Assembly (NCBI RefSeq): GCF_049337375.1
Contig: NZ_JBMPIV010000001.1
Strand: one strand, 5' to 3'
From: Nannocystis pusilla
GTDB taxonomy: Bacteria; Myxococcota_A; Polyangia; Nannocystales; Nannocystaceae
Length of the DNA stretch: 64,000 nucleotides
Part shown: in pieces, positions 11,244 to 22,054 of the stretch
Layout of the letters: each line of letters opens with the position of its first letter
How positions within the stretch are numbered: position 1 is the first letter of the stretch
The notes under the pieces: model-generated
Told to the model about the DNA's origin: nothing
Seen by the model: the letters and a program-made list of their open reading frames with translations, nothing else
The model's database searches: none
Program-made: the position numbers and the translations under genes

Positions 11244-11624
11244 TCAATGCGGGTGCTGCGGCAGGTCGTCGGTGATGTCGTAGTAGTCGCCCTTGTCGGC
11301 CACGTGGATGTGCATGGCCAGGCGAGCGTGCGTCGGCGGATCGAAGGCGCCCATGGCGACGGCGATCTTCGGGGCGAAGATCGGGTCCCAGAACAGCCAC
11401 GAGCCGCAGGTCGAGCAGAAGCCGCGGCGCACCTTGTCCGAGGAGCGGAACCAGGTCAGGCGGTCCTCGCCGCGGATCGTCAGCGCTTCGCGGGGGACGT
11501 CGGTCGAGGCCCAGTAATGGCCCGACTGTTTGCGGCACTGCGAGCAATGGCACGCGTTCGGCGGGGGCAGCGGGCCGGTGACCTCGAAGGTCACGGCGCC
11601 GCAGAGGCAAGATCCCTGGGGCAT
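11244..11624 (-). CDS. GFA family protein (glutathione-dependent formaldehyde-activating enzyme / CENP-V-like Zn-binding)
   Basis: Cys pattern SCLCGAV...CHCSQC...CSTCGS. The start is probably MPQGSC. Confidence 0.7.
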   Translation of the reverse strand: MPQGSCLCGAVTFEVTGPLPPPNACHCSQCRKQSGHYWASTDVPREALTIRGEDRLTWFRSSDKVRRGFCSTCGSWLFWDPIFAPKIAVAMGAFDPPTHARLAMHIHVADKGDYYDITDDLPQHPH

Positions 11625-11656
11625 GGCGCTCCTGTTGGCGGCGACGATAGCAGCGA

Positions 11657-13744
<2,088 letters not shown>

Positions 13745-13955
13745 GGCCCAGAATACGCCGGGCTCGCGCGCGGGCCCAGGGGTGGCCGTGAGGGGCCGAG
13801 CGCGGCGAGTCAGCGCGAGGACGGTCCTCCGGTCCATGTCGCAGGGGCGTCGATGCATCGCCGGTCGTATCGGCGGACCTTTGTCCACGCCGCGGACATC
13901 GATGATGCCGATGGAGAGGGGGGCGACGGTCGTCGCGTCGATTGCGCGGCTGGTC

Positions 13956-14615
13956 ATGCGGGCCTCGTTTTTCTATGTTCCGCGACCCGTGACCCTCCGC
14001 GATCTCATCCCCCCATGCATCGCTCTGGCCGCTTGCCTGAGCCTGGCCTGCTCCGACGACAAGGACCCGCTCGACTCGGCGACCAGCCCGACGGCGGCGA
14101 CGACGACGAATCCGAGCAACGGTTCGAACGCGAGCAACGCCTCCAACGCGTCCAACCCCAGCAACGCCACCGACGACTCCGACGGCACCGACGGCACCGA
14201 CGGCACCGCCACGACCGCGGCGACGGACACCGGCGTCGACGAGACGACCGGGCCGACCACGGGCGAGCCGACGGCCGGTACGACGGCGGCCGAGACGACC
14301 GCGGCCGAGACCACGAGCACGAGCGAGCCGCCGCCGACCGACGGACCGGGCGTACTGCCCGGCGAGGACGGCATGCAGGCGTTCTGCCGCCGCTACAAGG
14401 AGTGCGGCGGGACCTACTACGGCGACCAGCAGGAGTGCCTCGACGCGACCTACGACTACTGGGGCGACTGCCCGTCGCGCAAGGCGGCGCTCGACGAGTT
14501 CGGCGCCTGCATGTCGGAGCTCGACTGCGGCGAGTGGAGCCCCGACGCCTACAACCCGAACAGCACCCCGTGCGCCGAGCAGTGGGGCGGGGTCCAGTCG
14601 GCCGAGCCCTGCTGA
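13956..14615 (+). CDS. Hypothetical lipoprotein with a Thr/Asn-rich linker and a Cys-rich C-terminal domain
   Basis: Start is MRASFFYV...LSLACSDD, lipoprotein-like. The start at 13956 is divergent from the dehydrogenase gene. Confidence 0.5.
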   Translation: MRASFFYVPRPVTLRDLIPPCIALAACLSLACSDDKDPLDSATSPTAATTTNPSNGSNASNASNASNPSNATDDSDGTDGTDGTATTAATDTGVDETTGPTTGEPTAGTTAAETTAAETTSTSEPPPTDGPGVLPGEDGMQAFCRRYKECGGTYYGDQQECLDATYDYWGDCPSRKAALDEFGACMSELDCGEWSPDAYNPNSTPCAEQWGGVQSAEPC

Positions 14616-14624
14616 CGGACCGAA

Positions 14625-14679
14625 GGGACATGTCCCCCGAGACCGGTGCTCAAGGGCATGGCTCCGGGGACATGTCCGA
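14625..14679. repeat. GGRCATGYCC palindromic repeats, 3 copies including the perfect GGGACATGTCCC
   Basis: Read directly: gggacatgtccc, gggcatggctcc, ggggacatgtccg. The last copy overlaps the 3' end of the methyltransferase gene. Confidence 0.75.
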
Positions 14680-15924
14680 CGCGTCAGCCTCGATCCGGAA
14701 GTAGCGGAAGCCGCCGCCGCCGGTCCAGCCGGCCGCCGCGGTGACGCCGCTGGGATCGCGGCCGTCGACGACCGCGCGCAGGCGCGGGGCGATCAGGGTG
14801 TCGCAGTGCTCGCCGCGCTCGACGAGGATCCACCGCCGCCGCAGCTTGTGGGCGACCGCGCCGGTGGTGCCCGAGCCGGCGTAGACGTCGAGGACCCAGT
14901 CGCCCGGGCGCGTCGACAGCTCGAGCACGCGGCGCAGCAGGGCCTCGGGCTTCTTGCCCTTGGGGAAGGCGACGCCGCCCTCGTTGTGCAGGTTGTTGGA
15001 CAGCAGGTCGTCCCAGATGGTGGTGAGCGGCTCGCCGGCGACCCGCTGGCCGTCGATGAGCTTGAGCTTGGCGGCGTAGAAGAGGAGCCGCTCGCCGCGG
15101 ACGAAGTAGAAGTCGTCGTGGTCGTCGCGCTCCAAGCGGAGCACGACGTCGGGCTCGGCCTTCGAGCGGTCGATCATGGCCCGCGCGGCCGCGCTGACGG
15201 CGTTGTAGTCGGGCCGCGCGAGGCGGACGACGGCGTCGGCGTGGGCGAGCACGAATTCGTCGAGGCGCTCCGGCTCGGCCCGCGCGAGCCGCTGGGCCGC
15301 GCGCTCGCCCAGGCCGCAGGCGTCGGCGAAGGCGCGCATCAGGGTGACGAGCCGCCACTCGGCGTGCGGCGCGGCGCGGTCGACGATGAACTGGGCGTAC
15401 CGCGGGTCGCGCTCGCGGGCGGTGTACAGCCGCTGCGGGGCCCAATGCGCGCGGTCCTTGCAGTAGACGAGGACGAAGTTGGAGGTCGTGACGCAGCCGG
15501 GGTTTATCGCCTTGTGGCCGGTGGGCGCGCCCTGCTTGAAGGTGACGACCGAAACGCGGTTGGCCCGGCCGAAGATGTCGTCGAGCAATACGATCAGGTA
15601 GCCGAGCTCGTTGTCGTCGATGTGGACGAACAGGGTGCCGTCGGCGGCCAGCAGGTCGCGCAGGACCGTGAGGCGCGCGCGCATGTCGGCCAGCCAGCGC
15701 GCATGCTCGATGCCGTCGTCGTAGTGGGCGAAGGCGCGGCCGGTGTTGTACGGCGGGTCGATGTAGACGCAGCGGATCTTGCCGGCGAACTCGGGCCCCA
15801 GCGCGCGCAGGGCCGCGAGGTTGTCGCCGCGGATCAGGCGGTTGTCGTAATGGTCGCCCGCCACCTCGGGGCCGGCCGCGCGGTGGGACAGCGCGGGTGC
15901 CTCGACGAGGGGGCGCGGGTCCAC
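14650..15924 (-). CDS. Solitary beta-class DNA methyltransferase (N6-adenine or N4-cytosine; Type III Mod-like architecture)
   Basis: Motif IV (DPPYN) lies near the N-terminus and motif I (VLDVYAGSGTTGAVA) near the C-terminus, with a roughly 280-aa target-recognition spacer between them. No res or other restriction gene is adjacent. Confidence 0.8.
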   Translation of the reverse strand: MDPRPLVEAPALSHRAAGPEVAGDHYDNRLIRGDNLAALRALGPEFAGKIRCVYIDPPYNTGRAFAHYDDGIEHARWLADMRARLTVLRDLLAADGTLFVHIDDNELGYLIVLLDDIFGRANRVSVVTFKQGAPTGHKAINPGCVTTSNFVLVYCKDRAHWAPQRLYTARERDPRYAQFIVDRAAPHAEWRLVTLMRAFADACGLGERAAQRLARAEPERLDEFVLAHADAVVRLARPDYNAVSAAARAMIDRSKAEPDVVLRLERDDHDDFYFVRGERLLFYAAKLKLIDGQRVAGEPLTTIWDDLLSNNLHNEGGVAFPKGKKPEALLRRVLELSTRPGDWVLDVYAGSGTTGAVAHKLRRRWILVERGEHCDTLIAPRLRAVVDGRDPSGVTAAAGWTGGGGFRYFRIEADASDMSPEPCP

Positions 15925-15977
15925 TGCCCGACGCTAGCGCAGGCCGGCGGCGACGACAAGCTGGCCTTCGGGCCAGG

Positions 15978-16490
15978 TCAGGGGAACGTCAGCGCCACCT
16001 GGGCGGAGGCGCCGCGGCAGACCGGCTCGCAGCCGGGGCCGTTGGGCCGCGACTCGACGTAGGTGGGGCTGATGTTGCCGGAATAGAGGGTCTCCTCGCC
16101 GCGCAGGATCTTCAAATCGACCGCGGCGGGGCTGCTCGGGATCTGGATGTCCGCGAAGCCGTGCTGCTCGGGCGGAAGAGCGCAGCCGGACTCGCCGATC
16201 TGCACGCGGTCGGGGACGTCGCAGGTGAGCGAGGGGCCGGCGTCGCAGGCCTTGAGCGGCAGGGCGCCCTTGCAGGTGACGGGGACGCCGTCGAGCGCGA
16301 AGGCGAACGTGTAGTCGCCCGCCGGCCAGCCGGCGTTCGGCTGCAGCTCGATCCGCAGGCCGCCGATGCAGCCGATCTCGGTGCACACCTTGCCGCCGCC
16401 GCCGGGGTCGGTGGGCTCCACCTGGCCTTTGGAACATGCGCTGAGGAGCAGGCCGACGAGGAGGGGGACAGGGGCGCGGAGCCAGGGCAT
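15978..16490 (-). CDS. Hypothetical lipoprotein
   Basis: MPWLRAPVPLLVGLLLSACSKG is a signal peptide with lipobox. The listed start at 16520 is an alternative. Confidence 0.5.
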   Translation of the reverse strand: MPWLRAPVPLLVGLLLSACSKGQVEPTDPGGGGKVCTEIGCIGGLRIELQPNAGWPAGDYTFAFALDGVPVTCKGALPLKACDAGPSLTCDVPDRVQIGESGCALPPEQHGFADIQIPSSPAAVDLKILRGEETLYSGNISPTYVESRPNGPGCEPVCRGASAQVALTFP

Positions 16491-16570
16491 GCCGGAGCTT
16501 GGCACGAGTCGCGGCGTCACGCACGCGCGCGAGGCTTTACAGCCGCCGGCCCGGCCCGTAGCCTGCGGGC

Positions 16571-17641
16571 GTGTCGCCCGTGTTCGCGCTGATCGCCCTG
16601 TACGGGCTGGTGTTCGTGCTCCACCTGATCGTGCCGGCCCGCCGCGTGACCGGCTACGTGCGCGACGAGGCCACCGGCGCGCCGCTCCGCTACCGCCTCA
16701 ACGGGGTGCGAGTGATGGCGCTGACTGTGGCGCTGTACTTCGTGGCGGGGGCGACCGGCCTCGTGCCGTGGGACTGGCTGTACGTCCACCGGGTGGAGAC
16801 GCTGGCGACCGCGTGCGGGCTGGGGCTCCTGTTCACTCTGGCGATCGTGCTGCCGGCGGCGCCGCGGCGCGGGCTCCTGGCCGATCTGTACCTCGGGCGG
16901 CTGGCCAACCCGCAATGGCTGGAGGGCCACGTCGACGCCAAGATGTTCCTGTATTTGATCGGGGCGGTGATGCTGCAGCTGAACCTGCTGTCGTTCGCGG
17001 CCCACCACCTGCTGCTGTACCCGAACGATCCGTCGCCGGGGGTGCTGCTGCACGTGGCGCTGTTCTCGTTCTTCCTGTGGGAGTACCTCAACTTCGAAGA
17101 GGTCCACCTGTACACCTACGACTTCGTGGCGGAGCGCGTCGGCTTCAAGCTCGGGTGGGGCTGCCTGACGTTCTACCCGTTCTTCTACGCGGTCGGGCTG
17201 TGGATGACGGCCGCGCTGCCGAACCCGCACACGCCGGCGCCGCTGCTGGGCCTGTGCGCGCTGCTGTTCTTCACCGGCTGGATGCTGGCCCGCGGGGCCA
17301 ACATGCAGAAGTTCTGGTTCAAGACGCAGCCGGAGAAATTTGCGTTCGGCACCATCCAGCCGGAGGTGCTGAGCGACGGGGAGAAGCAGATCCTGGTGAA
17401 CGGCTTCTGGGGGCTGTCGCGGCACATCAACTATCTGGGCGAGATCACGATGGCGACGGCGCTGGCGCTGTCGCTCGGCCACCCGGGCGAGCTGGGGCCG
17501 TGGCTGTACCCGCTGTATTACCTGGTGCTGCTGGTGCCGCGGCAGATCGACGACGACCGCCGCTGCCGCGCGAAGTACGGGGCGCTGTGGCAGCAATACG
17601 AGCGACGGGTGCGCTGGCGGATCGTGCCCGGGATCTATTGA
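16571..17641 (+). CDS. Sterol reductase family protein (ERG4/ERG24/DHCR7/LBR family)
   Basis: The C-terminal signature LVNGFWGLSRHINYLGE...RCRAKYGALWQQYERRVRWRIVPGIY closely parallels the DHCR7/ERG24 C-terminus (GFWG..RH.NY.G....RC..KYG..W..Y...VPYRLLPGIF). It is a polytopic membrane protein of 356 aa. Confidence 0.8.
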   Translation: MSPVFALIALYGLVFVLHLIVPARRVTGYVRDEATGAPLRYRLNGVRVMALTVALYFVAGATGLVPWDWLYVHRVETLATACGLGLLFTLAIVLPAAPRRGLLADLYLGRLANPQWLEGHVDAKMFLYLIGAVMLQLNLLSFAAHHLLLYPNDPSPGVLLHVALFSFFLWEYLNFEEVHLYTYDFVAERVGFKLGWGCLTFYPFFYAVGLWMTAALPNPHTPAPLLGLCALLFFTGWMLARGANMQKFWFKTQPEKFAFGTIQPEVLSDGEKQILVNGFWGLSRHINYLGEITMATALALSLGHPGELGPWLYPLYYLVLLVPRQIDDDRRCRAKYGALWQQYERRVRWRIVPGIY

Positions 17642-17668
17642 ATCGATGCAGCCTCGGACGGCGGGCGC

Positions 17669-18109
17669 TCACCTGCCGGGCAGGCAGGTGCCGGCTGGCA
17701 GCCAGCCGTCCGCATTCGCCGTCAGATCGCCGAGCTCGCGGCCGTCGAGCGTGAGGCGCACGCGCTCGCCGGGCGCCATGCGATCGAGGGCGCAGGTGGT
17801 CCGGCTCGGGAAGCATTCGTCGCAGATCGCCGTGCTGGGCATTCGCTCGAAGGCGAGCCCTATCGCGTCACCGCGGCGAGAGATCTGGCAGGCGAATGGC
17901 TCGCCGCAGGTGCAGTCGAACTCCGCCATCAGCCCGTGACGCTCCGAGGTGGCGACGACGCACAGGCGCTCGGGCTGGGTGGTGTTCGGCGGGAGCGGCG
18001 ATGCAGGCCGCTCGGGGGTGGTGTTCGGCGGAGGGGCCGCGGTCGCGGGCGGCTCCGGGGTTTCGGGGCGGCACGCGAGGAGGAGCAGGGCGATGAAGCA
18101 GGGGCGCAT
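17669..18109 (-). CDS. Hypothetical Cys-containing lipoprotein
   Basis: MRPCFIALLLLACRPETPEPP is a signal peptide with lipobox, in a 146 aa protein. Confidence 0.45.
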   Translation of the reverse strand: MRPCFIALLLLACRPETPEPPATAAPPPNTTPERPASPLPPNTTQPERLCVVATSERHGLMAEFDCTCGEPFACQISRRGDAIGLAFERMPSTAICDECFPSRTTCALDRMAPGERVRLTLDGRELGDLTANADGWLPAGTCLPGR

Positions 18110-18244
18110 CGCCGACTTTACGTCTGCGACGCGCCCGGCTTACAGCTGCGTCGCGAGGGCGGTCGCCCGCTCGACCGACCGGCGCTCGCTCCTCGTGCGA
18201 TTCGCAGCGCCGAAGTCGACGGCTCCTCGGAGCGGCTGTATCGC

Positions 18245-18766
18245 TCAGGGGGCCTGCAGCTGGCCCATGAGCCAGTAAGGGCCGACGCAGGCGGCGTCGA
18301 GCGGCGCCTTCAATTGCTTGCGCAGCGCGTCGGTCAGCTGGACCTGGCCGCCGCCGGTGCGCAGCGGCTCGCCGACGCGGGCGACCACCTTGCCGGTGCT
18401 GTCGACGATCTCGAGGCGGTCGCCAGTGCGACGCGCGCTGTAACCCGGCTGCCAGATCAGCAGGTGACCCGGCTGCTTGCCGTCGGGGCTGACGCGCAGG
18501 CAGCCGGACTGCTCGATCAAGGTGCCCGAGAGCAGGGCTTCCATGAACGCGTTGCTGGGCTCGCGCAGCTCCGTCAGGACGGGGATCGATCCGGCCGATG
18601 CGGGGGGCTGCGCGGCGGGCTCGGGCGCGGCTGCGGGCGCAGGTGCGGATGTGGGTGCGGGAGCTGGCGCGGGCGCGGGCGCGGGCGCGGGCGCCGCGGG
18701 CGTCGGCCCTGCTGTATCGGGGTGGCAAGCGAAGAGGGACAAGCAAAGAGCGAACAGGCGCATCGG
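18245..18766 (-). CDS. Hypothetical lipoprotein with a (PA)n low-complexity linker
   Basis: The start is MRLFALCLSLFACHPD, followed by APAPAPAPAPAP. The upstream part of the listed ORF is discarded. Confidence 0.5.
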   Translation of the reverse strand, partial: PMRLFALCLSLFACHPDTAGPTPAAPAPAPAPAPAPAPTSAPAPAAAPEPAAQPPASAGSIPVLTELREPSNAFMEALLSGTLIEQSGCLRVSPDGKQPGHLLIWQPGYSARRTGDRLEIVDSTGKVVARVGEPLRTGGGQVQLTDALRKQLKAPLDAACVGPYWLMGQLQAP

Positions 18767-19255
18767 CGACCGTACGCTGGCGATGCGCCCGGGCTTACAC
18801 CCTCGTCGGTGCAGGGACACGCGATCGCAGTCTCGTCAGGGGCCCACGGATGATCCACGTCGGGCTTCGCCGCGTGACGGACGAGGTCGCGAGGGTCGCC
18901 CAATGTTCGCGGGGAAGATTGGCATGAGCGTGGAATCAGCGAGGCTCCTTGTCTCGCTCGCATCATCGGTAATTTTTTGCGGAGCCCAGGCGGCTTCGTG
19001 AACGCGCGGTGAAGTTGCGCTTTCGCAGCGGGGCCGAGCCCTGAAGGCCTTCGCGCGGGGCTCGGGCCGGGGAACCCCGCGCGGAGGCGCGGGTGCTCGC
19101 GCGGACCGCGTGTGTCGTGACGAGGTTCGGCGGCCTCGTCACGGGGCGATGCGCAGTGCGCCGCCGGGCGCAGGCAGGTCGTCACGCGGAGCGATCGATC
19201 GCGGCAGCGCGGCGCGAACACGTCGGCTTGACGCCCGCGATCGGGCCTGGATAGC

Positions 19256-20800
19256 GTGACCGACGGGATGGAAGCTTTCGTGAGAGACCTCGTATTTCGC
19301 CGCTTCGCGCGGCTCTGTCTGCTCTTGTCGGTGAGCGGTTGCGTGTGGACGCCGAACAGCCGCACGTCGCACGAATCCAGCGCCGCGATCTCGATGCAGG
19401 GCTATTCGGGCGGGTCGGGCTCGACGGTGCGGATCCTGGCGAGGAACTGGGACACCGGGGCGTTCGACGAGCTGGCGACGACGACGGCGAGCACCACCGC
19501 GTCGTTCACCGACCCGGCGCTCTACTCGTGGGCCAAGTCGCTGACGCCGCTGGCGAAGTACTGGCGGCCGACGCAGGCCGGTTGCTCGGCGGGGCGCGCC
19601 GAGCTGCGCGTGACCATCGATGACGATCAGCTCAAGACGTTCACGACGCCGGCCGGGCAGTGCGCGTTCGATCGCGTCCTCGGCGGCGAGCACCCGGTCT
19701 CGGCCGGCAACGCGTGCTCGGACGGCGACGAGGTGATCCTGTTCGACAACAACGGCACCTGCGGGACGGCCGAGACGGGCGGGCTGACGACGGTTTTGGG
19801 GCCGATCACGGGCCCTTACAACGGCGCGTCGGTGACGTGGGAGGTCGTCAGCTATCCGGTGCAGGGCAACACGATCTACGGGCTCATCTGTCGCCCGAGC
19901 GCAGCCGGGGCGCATCCGGTGCAGATCTTCAACCACGGCGGGTGGTTCGGCCTCGGTTGGGGCAACGAACCGCAGGGCTGCATGGCGTCGGCGGCGAAGG
20001 GATGGGTCGTGGCGATGTCGACCTACCGCGGCGAGCGGCTGTACCTCGGGCCAGGTTATGAGTGGGTCTCGGGCGGCAGCGTCGAGCTGTGCAACGGCGA
20101 GGTGACCGATGTCCTGCGGCTGACCGATCTGGTGCTGGCCAAGTCGTACGCCGATTCGTCGAAGGTGCTGATGCACGGGCTGTCGCACGGCGGCTGCATC
20201 ACGACGCGGGCGGTGCAGCGCGGGGCGCCGGTGCAGGCGGCGATCGACGTCGCCGGGCCGAGCGAGTGGGCGTCGCTGCACGCGCTGCTCGGCGGCTGGC
20301 TGGTCGGCGAGCTGCCGACCGATCCGGCGACGACGCCGTTCCCCGATTTGATGGAGGATTGGGTCGGCGACCCGGCTTCGGTGCCGCACGCGTACGAGTG
20401 GCGCTCGAGCAAGTTCGTCGCCGAGGACCTGGCGGTGCGCACCGACGTCAAGTACCTGCGCATGCAAGGAGTGGCCGATACGATCGTGCCGCCGGGCCAC
20501 GCGTGCAAGCTCATGAAGGCGGCGTTCGGCGCCTCCGGCAGCCAGAACTGGCACTTCAACAATGCCGCCGGGGTCACCGCGACGGCGCCGGTCGGCTGCA
20601 CGGCCACCGACGCGAGCCTGTCGTGGCAGAGCGCCGCCAAGCCGACGACGAGCTGGCCGGGCAACCATTACGTGTTCGTCTACGACGCATTGCCCCACGC
20701 GGTGGTGCCGGGCGACGGCACGCCGGTCGCGGTGGTGAACGCGTTCGTGGCCGACTACAACAACTTCGTGAATGCGCTCGGCTGGGGCGTGGTGTACTGA
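19256..20800 (+). CDS. Secreted alpha/beta-hydrolase (S9 peptidase / dienelactone-hydrolase-like) lipoprotein
   Basis: Nucleophile elbow GLSHGG, signal and lipobox LLLSVSGC, 514 aa. Confidence 0.65.
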   Translation: MTDGMEAFVRDLVFRRFARLCLLLSVSGCVWTPNSRTSHESSAAISMQGYSGGSGSTVRILARNWDTGAFDELATTTASTTASFTDPALYSWAKSLTPLAKYWRPTQAGCSAGRAELRVTIDDDQLKTFTTPAGQCAFDRVLGGEHPVSAGNACSDGDEVILFDNNGTCGTAETGGLTTVLGPITGPYNGASVTWEVVSYPVQGNTIYGLICRPSAAGAHPVQIFNHGGWFGLGWGNEPQGCMASAAKGWVVAMSTYRGERLYLGPGYEWVSGGSVELCNGEVTDVLRLTDLVLAKSYADSSKVLMHGLSHGGCITTRAVQRGAPVQAAIDVAGPSEWASLHALLGGWLVGELPTDPATTPFPDLMEDWVGDPASVPHAYEWRSSKFVAEDLAVRTDVKYLRMQGVADTIVPPGHACKLMKAAFGASGSQNWHFNNAAGVTATAPVGCTATDASLSWQSAAKPTTSWPGNHYVFVYDALPHAVVPGDGTPVAVVNAFVADYNNFVNALGWGVVY

Positions 20801-20806
20801 TTCGCG

Positions 20807-21613
20807 TCAGTCCCGGGCGTGGAGGCGGGCGGTCTGCGAGCCCATGAGGGCGACCGCCCGCCGGCGCGGGAACAGGCGCCCGAGGACGAACGCGGCCAGC
20901 TTGTTGAGGCCGCCCGGGACGGCGCTCGGCGGGCCGCCCAGCGCCTGCAGGGCCTCGGCGACGACGGCGTCGGGCGTCATGGCGCGCGGGCCGTCGGGGC
21001 CGCTCGAGCGCTCGAAGCCGGGTGTCCTGGTGGCGCCGGCGCAGCAGACGAGGACGTCGACGCCGCGCGGGCCGAGCTCGTACCACAGCGCCTCGCCCAG
21101 CGAGAGGTTGAAGGCCTTGGTGGCGCCGTAGGTGGCGACCAGCGGCGAGCCCCAGAAGGCGGTGAGCGAGGACATGAGCAGCAGGCCGCCGCGGCCGCGC
21201 CGCACGAGGCGCTCGCCGAACACGTGGGCGGCGATCAGCGGGCCGCGGCAATTGACGTCGACGATCTTGAGCTTGTCGGCCAGCGGGACGTCGAGGAACG
21301 GGCCGATCCGCGAGAGCGCGGCGTTGTAGACGCAGAGGCCGACGTCGAGGCCGTCGCTGACGCGCGCGAGCTGCTCGGCGAGGTCGGGGGCGGCGAGGTC
21401 GAGGGCGGCGGTGCGGACGTCGACGCGCGCGCGCAGCGGGGCGGCGACGGCCTCGAGGGCGTCGGCCCGGCGCGCGAGCAGGAGGAGGTTGAGGCCGCGA
21501 TCGGCGAGGCCGCGCGCGAAGGCGGCGCCGAGGCCCTCGGAGGCGCCGGCGACGACCGCCCAGGGGCCGTACTTGTGGACGAAGGCGGTGCGATCGGAGG
21601 TGCTGGTCACGCG
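20807..21613 (-). CDS. Short-chain dehydrogenase/reductase (SDR)
   Basis: Rossmann motif VVAGASEGLG, YxxxK (YGATK) and NAALS. The start was trimmed to GTG at about 21613. The longer ORF runs into an intergenic palindrome and yields the artefact 'MSFKTCPERH'. Confidence 0.7.
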   Translation of the reverse strand, partial: RVTSTSDRTAFVHKYGPWAVVAGASEGLGAAFARGLADRGLNLLLLARRADALEAVAAPLRARVDVRTAALDLAAPDLAEQLARVSDGLDVGLCVYNAALSRIGPFLDVPLADKLKIVDVNCRGPLIAAHVFGERLVRRGRGGLLLMSSLTAFWGSPLVATYGATKAFNLSLGEALWYELGPRGVDVLVCCAGATRTPGFERSSGPDGPRAMTPDAVVAEALQALGGPPSAVPGGLNKLAAFVLGRLFPRRRAVALMGSQTARLHARD

Positions 21614-21698
21614 TGCCCAGGAGACCACGAGGGGCCGCCGCGGGCAAGGGGGCGCGGCCCTCGACCGCGCCGGGGAGCGGCGGCGAGGATGCCTCTCA

Positions 21699-21722
21699 GG
21701 GCATGTCTTGAAAGACATGTGT
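21699..21722. repeat. Perfect palindrome CATGTCTTgaAAGACATG of the GGRCATGYCC family
   Basis: Read directly: gggcatgtcttgaaagacatgtgt. Confidence 0.75.
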
Positions 21723-22004
21723 ACGCCGACGCGACGGTCCGAGGCGACCGTCAGTCGCTTCATGGAAGTCACACCGGAATAGCGACGGCTACCCGGGGCC
21801 GCTTGAGTTGAACGCGGTCGGAGGCGCGGACCGGCGAGGTCTCGCGGCGCTCGTCGCCGGGGCGCGCAGGAGCGAGGCGTCCGCCCAGGGGCCCGTGGTC
21901 ATGTGAGGGCCGGGGAGCGAGAGGCGCGGGCGGCCACGAGAGGACGGATGGGCAGGAGAGGGGGCCAGCGACCGTCGCGCTCGCTCTCGCCTGGCTCTCG
22001 GGAC

Positions 22005-22026
22005 ATGTCCCGAGAGGGTTGTACCG
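22005..22026. repeat. Perfect 22-bp palindrome CTCTCGGGACATGTCCCGAGAG
   Basis: Read directly and self-complementary over 22 nt. It lies downstream of the beta-propeller lipoprotein gene. Confidence 0.85.
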
Positions 22027-22054
22027 AAGAGGTGGCGGCCGCGCGGCGTCCTGC

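Noticed and set aside
18767-19255. 263-aa ORF 18574..19365 (-) and possible small genes in the roughly 490-bp gap before the hydrolase gene
   Set aside because: The ORF is Arg/Pro-rich antisense-type sequence. The gap contains only GC-rich hairpins (for example GTGACGAGGttcggcggCCTCGTCAC), which are more consistent with terminator or attenuator structures than with coding.
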